Origin: Chitinophagaceae bacterium
GTDB lineage: Bacteria > Bacteroidota > Bacteroidia > Chitinophagales > Chitinophagaceae
Direction of reading: 5' to 3'
Length of the DNA stretch: 46,473 nt
Assembly (NCBI GenBank): GCA_027486695.1
Contig: JAIXOS010000089.1
Location: 1 to 46,473 of the forward strand
Shown: piece by piece, positions 1 through 10,617 of the stretch
How positions within the stretch are numbered: position 1 is the stretch's first letter
Layout: the number at the start of each line of letters is the position of its first letter
Translations under genes and position numbers: made by a program
The notes under the pieces: model-generated
Seen by the model: the letters and a program-made list of their open reading frames with translations, nothing else
What the model was told of the DNA's origin: nothing
Databases searched by the model: none

Positions 1-632
1 ACGGTTTGCGTAATTGGTTCTCTTTTACTGGTGAAGCACCTAATAATGCATTAGTTGTGGAAGTTACAGGTAAGCAATTTGGTTGGATATTCCGTTATCC
101 TGGTAAAGATGCAACGTTTGGAAAAAAATATTTCAAAGCTATCGATGCCGCATCGAACACTCTAGGCTTGGTATGGAAAGACGATGCAACACTTAATCTT
201 AAAGCAGATCCTGCAACATTAGATGATATTGTAACAGAACAGACTGTTTATATAGTTAAGGATAAGCCTGTTAAATTTATTATTGGTAGTAGAGATGTTA
301 TTCATGATGTTGGTCTAGTACACTTCCGTCTTAAAATGGATGCTGTTCCTGGCACACCAACTACTTTGTGGTTTACACCTAAATATACCACTAAGGAAAT
401 GAAAGAGATTACAAAAAATCCAAATTTTCAATACGAAATAAGTTGTGATCAAATGTGCGGTAACGGCCATTATTCAATGAAGGGTATTGTAGAGGTTGTT
501 ACACAGGATGAATATGACGCTTGGATAGCTAAGCAAAAACCATATTACTATTCTGCATTTCCAGATGCTGACCCTTCAAATAAGAAGCTACCTACAACTG
601 ATTCAACCAAAGCAGCAACTGTTAAATTGTAA
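1..632 (+). CDS. coxB: Cytochrome c oxidase subunit II (5' end outside window)
   Basis: Cupredoxin/CuA motifs DVIH and CDQMCGNGHYSM; GKQFGWIFRYP; directly upstream of subunit I. Confidence 0.95.
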   Translation, partial: GLRNWFSFTGEAPNNALVVEVTGKQFGWIFRYPGKDATFGKKYFKAIDAASNTLGLVWKDDATLNLKADPATLDDIVTEQTVYIVKDKPVKFIIGSRDVIHDVGLVHFRLKMDAVPGTPTTLWFTPKYTTKEMKEITKNPNFQYEISCDQMCGNGHYSMKGIVEVVTQDEYDAWIAKQKPYYYSAFPDADPSNKKLPTTDSTKAATVKL

Positions 633-682
633 TTCAATTTTATTCAAATCGATTGTTTCTTATATTTTTTAAAGAACAAAAT

Positions 683-2509
683 ATGGCCAACGAAGTATTA
701 TTAGACCCTCATTCAATCGCATCCGACGCACACTATGGTCATGATGCAGCTCATCATGATGAGCACCACCATACTGAGACCTTTATCAGTAAGTATGTAT
801 TTAGTATGGATCACAAAATGATTGCTAAACAGTTTTTGATTACTGGGATGGTATGGGCTGTTTTAGGTGGTTTGATGAGTGTTTTCTTTCGTTTACAATT
901 GGGATATCCGGATAGTACTTTCCCTTGGTTAGAGGATATTTTGGGTAAATGGGCTAAAGGAGGTCATATCACTCCCGAAGCATACTATGCATTGGTAACT
1001 ACTCACGGTACTGTACTTGTGTTTTTTGTGTTAACAGCGGGTTTAAGTGGTACGTTCGCTAATTTCCTTATTCCATTACAAATTGGTGCAAGGGATATGG
1101 CATCTCCTTTTATGAACATGCTTAGCTACTGGTTCTTTTTTATTGCAAGTATTGTGATGTTGTCTTCTTTATTCATTGAAACAGGTCCTTTCAGTGGAGG
1201 TTGGACTGCCTACCCGCCATTAAGCGCTTTAGGTTCAGCTTCTCCTGGATCTAAAACAGGTATGGACTTGTGGTTAGTTGCTATGGCTTTATTTGTGGTT
1301 TCATCATTGTTAGGTGGACTTAATTATATTGCCACTGTCTTGAATATGCGTACCAAAGGAATGAGTATGACCAGACTTCCTTTAACTATTTGGGCATTAT
1401 TTTTCACAGCTGTTTTAGGTGTATTATCTTTTCCTGTGTTGTTTTCTGGTTTCATTTTATTGATTTTTGATAGAAATTTTGGAACTAGTTTTTACCTATC
1501 TGATATTTTTGTTAATGGTGTTGGTGCTTTACCAAATGAAGGTGGTAGTGCTATTTTATACCAACACTTATTTTGGTTCTTAGGTCATCCTGAAGTATAT
1601 ATTATATTGCTACCTGCAATGGGTATGGCTAGTGAAATACTATCAACAAATTCTCGTAAGCCAATATTCGGCTACATGGCAATGGTTGGATCTATGTTTG
1701 CTATTGCTGTACTTGCATTCTTGGTTTGGGCACACCACATGTTTGTTACAGGTCTTAATCCGTTCTTAGGATCTATATTTGTATTGCTTACATTACTGAT
1801 TGCAGTACCTTCTGCTATCAAGGTTTTCAACTGGTTGACTACATTGTGGAAAGGTAACATTCGTTTTACTCCGGCAATGATGTTTGCTATTGGATTCGTA
1901 AGTTTGTTTATATCAGGAGGTTTAACTGGTATTTGGTTGGGTAATTCTGCACTTGACATTCACTTGCACGATACCTATTTTGTTATTGCACACTTTCACA
2001 TTGTTATGGGTGTAGCTAGTATGTTTGGTATGTTCGCAGGAGTTTACCACTGGTATCCTAAAATGTATGGTCGTAACCTTAATAACACGCTTGGTTATAT
2101 CCACTTTTGGGTAACTTTAGCAGGTGCCTATTTAATCTTTTGGCCTATGCATTACCAAGGGTTAGCTGGTATGCCGCGTCGTTACTACGATTTCAGTATT
2201 TGGGAAAGCTTCAAACAGTTTGGTGGCTTAAACCAGTTTATAAGTGTTGTTGTTATTTTTGTTTTTGCAGTTCAGTTATTATTCCTCTTTAATTTCTTTT
2301 ATTCTATTTGGAAAGGTAGAAAGGTAACACAGGCTAATCCTTGGGGTTCGAATACACTTGAGTGGACTACTCCTATTAAGCCTGGACATGGTAACTGGCC
2401 CGGTGAAATTCCCGAAGTATACCGTTGGGCTTACGATTATGGTAAGGATGGTAAAGAGTTCATACCTCAAACTGTTCCTGTTGGAGCCGATGAATCGACA
2501 AACCACTAA
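683..2509 (+). CDS. coxA: Cytochrome c oxidase subunit I, heme-copper oxidase type A1
   Basis: WFLGHPEVY, VWAHHMF and VIAHFH metal-ligand motifs; many TM helices; ATG at 683 preferred over the ORF-track start at 653. Confidence 0.97.
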   Translation: MANEVLLDPHSIASDAHYGHDAAHHDEHHHTETFISKYVFSMDHKMIAKQFLITGMVWAVLGGLMSVFFRLQLGYPDSTFPWLEDILGKWAKGGHITPEAYYALVTTHGTVLVFFVLTAGLSGTFANFLIPLQIGARDMASPFMNMLSYWFFFIASIVMLSSLFIETGPFSGGWTAYPPLSALGSASPGSKTGMDLWLVAMALFVVSSLLGGLNYIATVLNMRTKGMSMTRLPLTIWALFFTAVLGVLSFPVLFSGFILLIFDRNFGTSFYLSDIFVNGVGALPNEGGSAILYQHLFWFLGHPEVYIILLPAMGMASEILSTNSRKPIFGYMAMVGSMFAIAVLAFLVWAHHMFVTGLNPFLGSIFVLLTLLIAVPSAIKVFNWLTTLWKGNIRFTPAMMFAIGFVSLFISGGLTGIWLGNSALDIHLHDTYFVIAHFHIVMGVASMFGMFAGVYHWYPKMYGRNLNNTLGYIHFWVTLAGAYLIFWPMHYQGLAGMPRRYYDFSIWESFKQFGGLNQFISVVVIFVFAVQLLFLFNFFYSIWKGRKVTQANPWGSNTLEWTTPIKPGHGNWPGEIPEVYRWAYDYGKDGKEFIPQTVPVGADESTNH

Positions 2510-2525
2510 TTTTATACTTAAATTG

Positions 2526-2553
2526 AGCCCTGAAATATCTCAGGGCTTTTTTT
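2526..2553 (+). terminator. Intrinsic terminator after coxA
   Basis: AGCCCTGA-aatatc-TCAGGGCT hairpin followed by T run. Confidence 0.8.
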
Positions 2554-2582
2554 GATAAACTTTTCATTGCGGATATTACTGA

Positions 2583-3491
2583 ATGTCTAACTCCACTAAT
2601 CTTACTCAAACTTCAACCTCTTTTATCTTAGCCTCTAAGGTCAAGGATTATTTTTTATTGATTAAGTTTACACTGAGTTTTACAGTTGTTTTTTCTTGTG
2701 TGATTTGTTATTTATTGGCACCCAAAGTCGTCAATTATGATTGGGGAATGATTGTAATTTTGTTTTTTGCTGGTATGTTGGTTACCGGTAGTGCAAATGC
2801 AATTAACCAAGCTGTAGAAAAGGAAACCGACGCTATGATGCAGCGAACTTCCAAGCGTCCTGTCGCTAATGGAAGCATGTCTCAATTGGAAGCTTACATT
2901 TTTGCTTTTGTTAGTGGTATAGCAGGTGTTTTTATGATGTGGTATTTTTTCAATCTAAATGCTGCCTTACTTAGTGCTTTTAGTTTGTTTTTATATGCCT
3001 TTATCTATACACCATTGAAAAAGGTTAATTCTATTGCCGTGTTAGTAGGTGCTTTTCCTGGTGCTTTACCCTGTTTAATTGGTTGGGTTGCAGGAAATGA
3101 TGATTTTGCAGCCGGTGGTCTTATATTATTTGCTATTCAATTTCTTTGGCAATTTCCACATTTTTGGGCAATAGCATGGGTAGCACATGCCGATTATAGC
3201 AAAGCCGGATTTAAGTTGTTGCCTGCCGATAAAGGGCCTACTAAATTTACTGCTATACAAGGCATTATGTATAGTGTACTCATGATTCCCGTAGGCATTT
3301 TGCCTCATTTGGTACATTTGACAGGTTCTTTTAGCTTATGGGTTGTTCTTTTATGTAATGTTTTTATGGTTGTTCAATCTATTCGCTTGTATAAGGAAAT
3401 GGATGTTAAAGCTGCGCGACGGGTCATGTTTAGTAGTTATATTTATTTACCAATTGTTCTTTTATCGTTATTAGCAGATAAGCTACATTAA
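2583..3491 (+). CDS. cyoE: Protoheme IX farnesyltransferase (heme o synthase)
   Basis: UbiA-family motifs NAINQ..E...DAMMQRTSKRP, YTPLK, WQFPHF; cox cluster context. Confidence 0.95.
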   Translation: MSNSTNLTQTSTSFILASKVKDYFLLIKFTLSFTVVFSCVICYLLAPKVVNYDWGMIVILFFAGMLVTGSANAINQAVEKETDAMMQRTSKRPVANGSMSQLEAYIFAFVSGIAGVFMMWYFFNLNAALLSAFSLFLYAFIYTPLKKVNSIAVLVGAFPGALPCLIGWVAGNDDFAAGGLILFAIQFLWQFPHFWAIAWVAHADYSKAGFKLLPADKGPTKFTAIQGIMYSVLMIPVGILPHLVHLTGSFSLWVVLLCNVFMVVQSIRLYKEMDVKAARRVMFSSYIYLPIVLLSLLADKLH

Positions 3492-3509
3492 ATCTTAATT
3501 TAAAAAATT

Positions 3510-4079
3510 ATGGATACTGCGGTTACCAATAATAGAATACACCCTCACAAGTTTACTTTGTGGGTAGCTATGGGTAGCATTATTATGATGTTTGCCGGTT
3601 TAACTAGCGCTCTGATAGTTAAAAAAAATCAATCCAATTGGTTACAGTTTGATTTGCCTATTTATTTTTACTATAGTACTGCTGTAATACTTGCTAGCAG
3701 TCTGTGTATACATTTGAGTCAACAAGCCTTCATTGCACGCCGCATGCCACGATATAGACAGTTAATTACTGCTACTGCTTTTTTAGGCGTATTATTCCTT
3801 GTATTGCAAACATTTGGTTTCTTTAGTTTAGAAGCAAAAAATATTCACCTTATTGGTAACAATAGCAATCCGGCGTCCTCTTTTTTACTTGTTATAACAG
3901 GCTTGCATATGTTGCACGTTGTAGGTGGTGTAATTGCAATTTTGGTAATATTTTTTAGGGCCTATAGAAGTACGGTAAAGAGTTATAGTAAGTTGCCAAT
4001 TGAGTTGGTTAGTACTTATTGGCATTTTGTAGATGTACTTTGGCTTTATTTGTTGGTTTTTTTCATTTTGGTTCGCTAA
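3510..4079 (+). CDS. Cytochrome c oxidase subunit III family protein (first copy)
   Basis: TGLHMLHV and YWHFVDVLW subunit III motifs. Confidence 0.9.
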   Translation: MDTAVTNNRIHPHKFTLWVAMGSIIMMFAGLTSALIVKKNQSNWLQFDLPIYFYYSTAVILASSLCIHLSQQAFIARRMPRYRQLITATAFLGVLFLVLQTFGFFSLEAKNIHLIGNNSNPASSFLLVITGLHMLHVVGGVIAILVIFFRAYRSTVKSYSKLPIELVSTYWHFVDVLWLYLLVFFILVR

Positions 4080-4162
4080 AACAGAAAATATTTTTAGTTT
4101 ATTCACTTTTTTTAAACATCAGCTAATATTTTTGCAACAATAACCTTTTATTAGACTAAATC

Positions 4163-4837
4163 ATGGCAACAACAACAGTGGCAGTTAATCAAAAAATGTG
4201 GGGAGGTGGTAAAAGCCCTTTCAACATCGAGTATGGTAAAGTGATGATGTGGTACTTTTTAATGAGTGATGCTTTTACTTTTGGAGCGTTTCTTATTTCT
4301 TATGGTACTATTCGTTTTTCTAGCAATGGATGGCCCGATCCAAACGAAGTATTTCAATCCTTTCCAGGCCTTGGTAGTGGATTGCCATTGATGTTTGTTA
4401 GTTTGATGACCTTCATTTTGATTGTAAGTTCAGTTACAATGGTTTTAGCTGTACATGCGGGACACAATATGGATAAAAATGGGGTTGTTAAAAACCTCAT
4501 TCTTACAATTGTTTTTGGTGCAGCATTTTTAGGTTGTCAAGCATGGGAATGGACCCACTTACATCACGAAGGTGCTTGGTGGGGGGCTAATCCCTTTTTA
4601 AATGCAGATGGTACCGCTTCTTCTACCAATTTCACCAACTACTTCTTCACGATTACCGGTTTTCATGGTTTCCATGTGCTAAGTGGTGTAGTAATCAATA
4701 TTGTTATGTTGATTATGACATTAACAGATACCTTCGAGAAAAGAGGCCACTACTTAATGATTGAGAAGGCAGGTTTGTATTGGCACTTTGTTGACTTAGT
4801 TTGGGTTTTTGTTTTTACCTGTTTTTATTTGATTTAA
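4163..4837 (+). CDS. Cytochrome c oxidase subunit III family protein (second copy)
   Basis: FFTITGFHGFHV and LYWHFVDLVWVFVF motifs. Confidence 0.92.
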   Translation: MATTTVAVNQKMWGGGKSPFNIEYGKVMMWYFLMSDAFTFGAFLISYGTIRFSSNGWPDPNEVFQSFPGLGSGLPLMFVSLMTFILIVSSVTMVLAVHAGHNMDKNGVVKNLILTIVFGAAFLGCQAWEWTHLHHEGAWWGANPFLNADGTASSTNFTNYFFTITGFHGFHVLSGVVINIVMLIMTLTDTFEKRGHYLMIEKAGLYWHFVDLVWVFVFTCFYLI

Positions 4838-4866
4838 TTCCTTCAACAATTATTTAAAAAATTATC

Positions 4867-5292
4867 ATGAGCAACTTACATACAACGGAACATACTGAAC
4901 AACACGGTGGTAGCACAAAAGAAATTTGGAACGTAACCATCATATTATCTGTATTAACGATAGTAGAATTAGCATTGGGTTTTTGGATGATGAAAATAAC
5001 AAGCGATTCTACACGCTTCGGTTTTAAGGGTATCATTGTTATTTTAATGCTTGTTAAAGCTTTTTACATTGTTGCTTATTTCATGCACTTAAAGCATGAA
5101 ATAAAGAACATGATAATGACAATTGTAGTTCCACTCGCTTTGTTCATTTGGTTTATTATCGCATTTTTATACGACGGTAATTCTTACAAAAATTTGCGTA
5201 ACAACTACGATAGTTTCAAAAAATCCCAATCCGAAATCAAAGTTGAAAAAAAGGAAGCTGCACATGGCGAGTCGCACAAAACAGCGGAATAA
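4867..5292 (+). CDS. Cytochrome c oxidase subunit IV family protein
   Basis: Three TM segments with KAFYIVAYFMHL motif; position in cox cluster. Confidence 0.85.
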   Translation: MSNLHTTEHTEQHGGSTKEIWNVTIILSVLTIVELALGFWMMKITSDSTRFGFKGIIVILMLVKAFYIVAYFMHLKHEIKNMIMTIVVPLALFIWFIIAFLYDGNSYKNLRNNYDSFKKSQSEIKVEKKEAAHGESHKTAE

Positions 5293-5309
5293 AGCAGTTT
5301 ATATATTTT

Positions 5310-5348
5310 TAAACAAAACCATCGCTATCTTAGCGGTGGTTTTGTTTT
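5310..5348 (+). terminator. Intrinsic terminator after subunit IV
   Basis: AAACAAAACCATCGCTA-tct-TAGCGGTGGTTTTGTTT hairpin with T tail. Confidence 0.75.
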
Positions 5349-5391
5349 ATCAGACAATGACATCACCCTCTCTTCCTGTTCAATTTCGGTT

Positions 5392-6204
5392 ATGACAAAA
5401 AAAGCACTTTTATCTCTCTGTATAGCTATTATACTTCCTATAGTAAGTTATTTAATTTTAAAAAGTGCGGCAACAACAGCTGTTGTAATGCCAAGAAAAT
5501 ACTTACTCGATACCGTGGTTGAGCGGATAAACAATGGCAAATTACAAACCGACAGTGTATGGCATAAAACAAAGAATATTCAATTAGTAAACCAATTGGG
5601 CGATACCGTTTGCTTGTACGATAAGCCAGGTAAAATAATAGTGATTGATTTCTTTTTTACACATTGTAGAAGTATTTGCCCCATTTTAACCCGCAACATG
5701 AGCAAATTGCAACATAGCTTTATTGTTGGAGGCGATTTGCGGAAAAAGGTAGATACATCAGTTGTCCAATTCATTTCGTTTAGTATTGATACCGATAGGG
5801 ATTCAGTATCAGTTTTGAAAGAGTATGCGGATAGATTTGGCGTTAACCACGATAATTGGTGGATGCTTACAGGAAATAAGCACAAAATAGCCCAATTTGC
5901 CTTTGAGGAATTAAAGGTTGATCAATACAGCGATGCTCCCATTGATTCTGATTTTGTACACACCAATAGATATGTATTGTTAGATAAAGAATACGTGGTG
6001 CGTGGATATTATAACGGACTAGATAGTGCTTCTATTGGCAAATTGGCAAGGGATATAGGTTTATTAATGCTTGAAAAGGATAAGACTAAGAAAAGTAAAA
6101 TATTTTTACAGATTATCGACCTTTCATGGTTGTGGTTTGTTATTGTTTTGTTGGTGGCCTTTTTTGTCATGTATATGCAAGGCCGTAGAAAAATTAACGG
6201 ATAA
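5392..6204 (+). CDS. SCO family copper chaperone
   Basis: FFFTHCRSICP (CxxxC), conserved His in FVHT, N- and C-terminal TM anchors. Confidence 0.92.
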   Translation: MTKKALLSLCIAIILPIVSYLILKSAATTAVVMPRKYLLDTVVERINNGKLQTDSVWHKTKNIQLVNQLGDTVCLYDKPGKIIVIDFFFTHCRSICPILTRNMSKLQHSFIVGGDLRKKVDTSVVQFISFSIDTDRDSVSVLKEYADRFGVNHDNWWMLTGNKHKIAQFAFEELKVDQYSDAPIDSDFVHTNRYVLLDKEYVVRGYYNGLDSASIGKLARDIGLLMLEKDKTKKSKIFLQIIDLSWLWFVIVLLVAFFVMYMQGRRKING

Positions 6205-6215
6205 TTTTATAGTGT

Positions 6216-6800
6216 ATGAAGCCAATGTTTCAAAAAAACGACCGGATGGCCAATTGGTTAATTGGTATTTTTTCGGTTGTAGTGTTTTCAGTTGTGGTAA
6301 TGCTCGGTCGCTTTCAATTGGATATTCGTCCGGCATTTGATATACATATTTTTGCAAAAGCCAATGCATTTATTAATGCAGTTACGGCTGTACTGTTAAT
6401 TGTGGCTTTGGTGGCTGTAAAAAAAAGACAGTTTGAATTGCATAAAAAAATCATGTTCACAGCATTGATCTTATCTATCTTTTTTTTATTGTCTTACATT
6501 GCACATCACTTATTGGCAGGTGAGGCAAAATTTGGAGATATTGACCACGATAATTTTTTAACGGAGGACGAAAAAATCTTGGTGGGTTCTACCATCCGAT
6601 ACGTATACTACACCATTTTGGCAACCCATATTTTCTTAGCAGCAATCATTTTACCGTTCATTTTATTTACTGCATACAGAGCTTTAATTTCAGAATTTCC
6701 TGCACACAAAAAACTAGCTAAAATAACGTGGCCTTTGTGGTTATATGTAGCGGTAACAGGTCCTATTGTGTATTGGATGATTTCGCCTTATTACCATTAA
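6216..6800 (+). CDS. DUF420 family membrane protein (oxidase assembly associated)
   Basis: HKKIM, ILATHIFLA, HKKLAKITWPLWLYVAVTG pattern; usual neighbour of SCO in cox clusters. Confidence 0.85.
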   Translation: MKPMFQKNDRMANWLIGIFSVVVFSVVVMLGRFQLDIRPAFDIHIFAKANAFINAVTAVLLIVALVAVKKRQFELHKKIMFTALILSIFFLLSYIAHHLLAGEAKFGDIDHDNFLTEDEKILVGSTIRYVYYTILATHIFLAAIILPFILFTAYRALISEFPAHKKLAKITWPLWLYVAVTGPIVYWMISPYYH

Positions 6801-6833
6801 TGCAGCACATTACTTGTGCCACTGTGTGCAACA

Positions 6834-7529
6834 TCAGAATATATTTTCCAATTGCTGCAAGTGGGTTATGGTATAGGTGGCATGTATATGTGGGTCAACA
6901 CCAATATGGTTAACAAAAACGGTATCTAATCCGGCATTGATACCGCCTTGAATATCAGCTTCTAAATTATCGCCAATCATAATGCTGTGGTTTTTTTGAG
7001 CTTTTGCCTTGTTCAAAGCATAATCAAATATGGCCACATTGGGTTTTGTGCTATTGCTGCCTTCTGAAGTAACAACCTGCTGAAAATAAGGTGTTAAACC
7101 ACTATTGCGCAACTTGTGGTGCTGTACTTGTTCAAATCCATTAGTGATTAAATGAAGAACATAGTTTTTGTTGAGTAAATAATTGAGTATTTCCAAAGTA
7201 TGTGGAAATAGGTTGTTTTGTAGGGGTAACTGTTCCAAAAATTGCTGCGCTAATAACCTTGATAAAGTTTCGTCGGCAATTTTGAAATCGAGGAGGGTAA
7301 GCCACATGCGCTTCCATCGCAGTTCTTCTTGTTTAATAAAACCTTTCGAAAATCTATCCCACAACCGATGGTTGTGATAGCTATATTTTTCAAAAAACAA
7401 GTCAAAACTGCCAACTCCCTTTTCTAGCAGGTTATTTTGTATATATAATTGTTGAAGGGTGTATTTTGAGTTCGACTCAAAGTCCCAAAGTGTGTGGTCT
7501 AAATCAAAAAAAAGATGTTGGTATTTCAT
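6834..7529 (-). CDS. YjjG-family HAD nucleotidase
   Basis: DLDHTLWD motif I, ITNG motif II, KP and GDNLEADI motifs; start at MKYQH. Confidence 0.9.
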   Translation of the reverse strand: MKYQHLFFDLDHTLWDFESNSKYTLQQLYIQNNLLEKGVGSFDLFFEKYSYHNHRLWDRFSKGFIKQEELRWKRMWLTLLDFKIADETLSRLLAQQFLEQLPLQNNLFPHTLEILNYLLNKNYVLHLITNGFEQVQHHKLRNSGLTPYFQQVVTSEGSNSTKPNVAIFDYALNKAKAQKNHSIMIGDNLEADIQGGINAGLDTVFVNHIGVDPHIHATYTITHLQQLENIF

Positions 7530-7744
7530 AGCACAGCAAGTGATTGCTTCTATAACTACTATTAACATGCGCGGTAATAGCTATAAAAACAAATACCTTA
7601 GAATAGTGATTAAAATATCAAATATACGGTTATTGAACGTTGCTAAAGCACTCTTTGTAAACCGATATACCAATGTTCTTTGTTGTTTGATTTGCTGACA
7701 ATAAAGCCCATTGATATTTTGCTATTCATAAATCCAAACAGGCA

Positions 7745-9493
7745 TTATGCGTTTGATGCAACATATTGCTTGAGTGTAAAGCCAAACGTACTACCCGAGC
7801 CTAGTTCGCTTTTTACGTCAATGTTTCCTCCTTGTGCTTCTATAAATTCTTTGCTAATGCTTAAGCCCAATCCTGTACCTTCTTTTTTTGTGCCGGGTAT
7901 GCGAAAATAACGGTCAAAGATTTTGTCAACATATTGTGGTGATATGCCTTGTCCGGTATCCGTAACTGAGAATTGTATTGCATCATTTTCGGTGTTCACA
8001 TTAATGTATATAACTGAATTCTCGTAAGAATAACGAATAGCGTTTGAAAGTAAATTGGTAAGCACCCACGAGGTTTTTTCACTGTCGGCAAATACTTTTG
8101 GCAAATGATCAGGAGCATTTGTGTTTAACTTGATTTGCTTTTGTTCTGCGGCTGCTTTGTTTGCATTTACTGCGTATTCAACAATTTCATTTGCATCTGA
8201 TGCCATCATATTCATTTGAACGGTTCCACTTTCTACCTGTGTCATATTGAGCAATTCGCCAGTAATTTTCAACAATCTTCCTGCATCTTCTTTAATGCTT
8301 TCAATAAGGCTAAGTTGTTCTGTATTGAGTACCCCAACTTGTTTGTTTTCCAATAATTGCAAACTCATTTTAATGGAAGCAATGGGTGTTTTTAACTCAT
8401 GCGATACCGTTGCAATAAAATTTGTTTTTGCAAAGTCTAATTCTTTATATGGGGTAATATTTTGTAATATAATTACGGTGCCAATTTGCTTTTCCTCCTG
8501 TTCTCCGGTGGGGACTATTTTGATAGGTATGATTTCTTTTTCAAAGTAGCTTTCTTTATTGTCGGCATAAATTTTAATGGGTTGCTGTTTAGCGCTACTT
8601 TGCAAGTTATCGGAATTAAACAGTTCCTGAACCAAGGTGCGAATTAAATCGTTTTGTACTGCAATGTCCTGAACAGGTGTTGCAATAACTTGCTCCAATT
8701 TTAGACCAGCAATTTTAAGTGCAATATTATTCATGAATAACACCTGCTTCTTTTCATCTAAACCAATAACTGGTTCACTCATATTATTAATGAGTGTTTC
8801 AATTCTTTTCTTTTCCATCATCAGCTTTTCAAGATTGCTAGCCTTGTATTCTTCCAACTTCTCGGCCATTGTATTAAAGGCTGTTGACAGTTCCCCAAAC
8901 TCATTGTGCTTTTCAAAATGAACCCTTTGAGAATAATTTTGTGCTGCAATTTCTTTTATGCTTTTTGTTAGTTCTTTTACTGGATTAGCAATATTTCCGG
9001 GTAAATTAAACAGCACAGTTAATGCAATTAGAAAACAAATGGTGCCAGTTAGCGAAATCCATAAAATGGACGTATCGGAGGTTGTTTCTGCTACTTTACT
9101 TTTTCTTTGTATCGCCTGCATATTCAACAGCATAATATCGGTTACGTCCTCGTGTATAGCTTTTAAAATAAGGCTGTCTGTAGGTGCTTGTTTTAATTTA
9201 GCAAAGTCAATTGCCAGTTTATCTGTTAAATCTTTTTCGCCTACTTCGGTAATGTTGTTTTGCTGCTTTATGAGGTTTTCCTCAAACAATTTTGATTGAT
9301 CGGGCTTTGAAATGTCTGCATTCAATGCTATTAGCATTTTACGTGAATAATCCAGCGTATTGTAATTGGCTACCAATATATTCTTTGTATCGCCTGAGAG
9401 CTTATTAATAAAAATACTGCTTAGGGCTGTAAGCAGGGCAATCATGGCAAATAACAGCCCTATGCCCAATAATAGTTTTGCTTTAATTTTCAT
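7745..9493 (-). CDS. Sensor histidine kinase (2 TM, HAMP, PAS-like, HisKA, HATPase) in the kdp operon
   Basis: SHELKTP H-box, NLLSNAIRY N-box, DTGQGI and GTGLGL G-boxes; HAMP-like NEFGELSTAFNTM; overlaps kdpD stop. Confidence 0.93.
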   Translation of the reverse strand: MKIKAKLLLGIGLLFAMIALLTALSSIFINKLSGDTKNILVANYNTLDYSRKMLIALNADISKPDQSKLFEENLIKQQNNITEVGEKDLTDKLAIDFAKLKQAPTDSLILKAIHEDVTDIMLLNMQAIQRKSKVAETTSDTSILWISLTGTICFLIALTVLFNLPGNIANPVKELTKSIKEIAAQNYSQRVHFEKHNEFGELSTAFNTMAEKLEEYKASNLEKLMMEKKRIETLINNMSEPVIGLDEKKQVLFMNNIALKIAGLKLEQVIATPVQDIAVQNDLIRTLVQELFNSDNLQSSAKQQPIKIYADNKESYFEKEIIPIKIVPTGEQEEKQIGTVIILQNITPYKELDFAKTNFIATVSHELKTPIASIKMSLQLLENKQVGVLNTEQLSLIESIKEDAGRLLKITGELLNMTQVESGTVQMNMMASDANEIVEYAVNANKAAAEQKQIKLNTNAPDHLPKVFADSEKTSWVLTNLLSNAIRYSYENSVIYINVNTENDAIQFSVTDTGQGISPQYVDKIFDRYFRIPGTKKEGTGLGLSISKEFIEAQGGNIDVKSELGSGSTFGFTLKQYVASNA

Positions 9494-10617
9494 CAGCTTA
9501 AAATGATAAGGTCAATATCGTTTAATGATAGTTTTTTGAGTAATTCGTTAAACACATTGGTAGCCAAAATTACTTTTATTAAATTTAAATGGGGTTTGCC
9601 TATGCAGATGGTTGTTATCTTCCTTTCTTCGCATTGTTCAATAATTGCTTTGGAGATATTGGCACTTTCTACTTTAATAATTTCGGCACCAAGTTCTGTT
9701 GCCAATTTAAAGTGGTTAATCAAGTGCCTTTGTTTGTCAAGTGGAATGTTGCTGCTACTTTCGGCCGGCGTTTGTACATATAAAACATACCATTGGCTAT
9801 TGTAATAGTTGGCCAAACGGGCGGTTTTTCTAATCACTGTTTTGGCCGTGGTTTCGTTAGAACTTATACAAGCCAAAAAACGTTCGTGTTTGCGTGAGTT
9901 GACATTGGTAATTTCTGTTTCTACTTTGCGTACTACTTGTGCTGCTACTTCTTTTAAAGCCAATTCCCTGAGTTGTAAAATATGGTCGCTCTTAAAAAAA
10001 TTCTTTAGTGCGGTTTCAATTTTTTCGGCCTGATAAATTTTCCCTTCCTTTAATCTTGCTATTAATTCATCGGCGGTTAAATCAATATTTACCACTTCAT
10101 CGGCTTGGGCAAGTACACTGTCTGGAATCCTTTCTTTTACCTCAACACCGGTAATGCGCTTAACTTCTTCATTCAAGCTTTCAATATGCTGAATGTTTAC
10201 TGCACTAATAACATTAATGCCTGCGTCCAAAATTTCAAGCACATCCTGCCAGCGTTTTTCATTCTTACTGCCTTCAATATTGGTATGTGCAAGCTCGTCT
10301 ACAATAACCACTTCAGGCCGTAAACTAATGATGGCCTGTACGTCTAATTCATCTAGTTCTTTCCCTTTGTAAAACAATTGTCTCCTTGGCACAATAGGCA
10401 GTCCTTCTAGTAAGGCATGCGTTTCTTTTCGGTTATGTGTTTCTATATAACCAACTTTTACATCAATGCCATTTTTTAGTAAGGCATGGGCTTCCTGCAG
10501 CATACGGAAAGTTTTGCCTACACCGGCACTCATGCCAATGTAAACTTTAAACTTTCCGCGCCTTGATTTTTTAATCAGGTCAAGAAAGTGCTGTACGGTT
10601 TGATCTTTATCTGGCAT
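9493..10617 (-). CDS. kdpD: Stand-alone KdpD N-terminal sensor domain plus Usp domain
   Basis: GKFKVYIGMSAGVGKT Walker A, VDELAHTN, KRWQDV, NIQHIESLN, LRELAL; no TM or kinase domain. Confidence 0.92.
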   Translation of the reverse strand: MPDKDQTVQHFLDLIKKSRRGKFKVYIGMSAGVGKTFRMLQEAHALLKNGIDVKVGYIETHNRKETHALLEGLPIVPRRQLFYKGKELDELDVQAIISLRPEVVIVDELAHTNIEGSKNEKRWQDVLEILDAGINVISAVNIQHIESLNEEVKRITGVEVKERIPDSVLAQADEVVNIDLTADELIARLKEGKIYQAEKIETALKNFFKSDHILQLRELALKEVAAQVVRKVETEITNVNSRKHERFLACISSNETTAKTVIRKTARLANYYNSQWYVLYVQTPAESSSNIPLDKQRHLINHFKLATELGAEIIKVESANISKAIIEQCEERKITTICIGKPHLNLIKVILATNVFNELLKKLSLNDIDLIILS

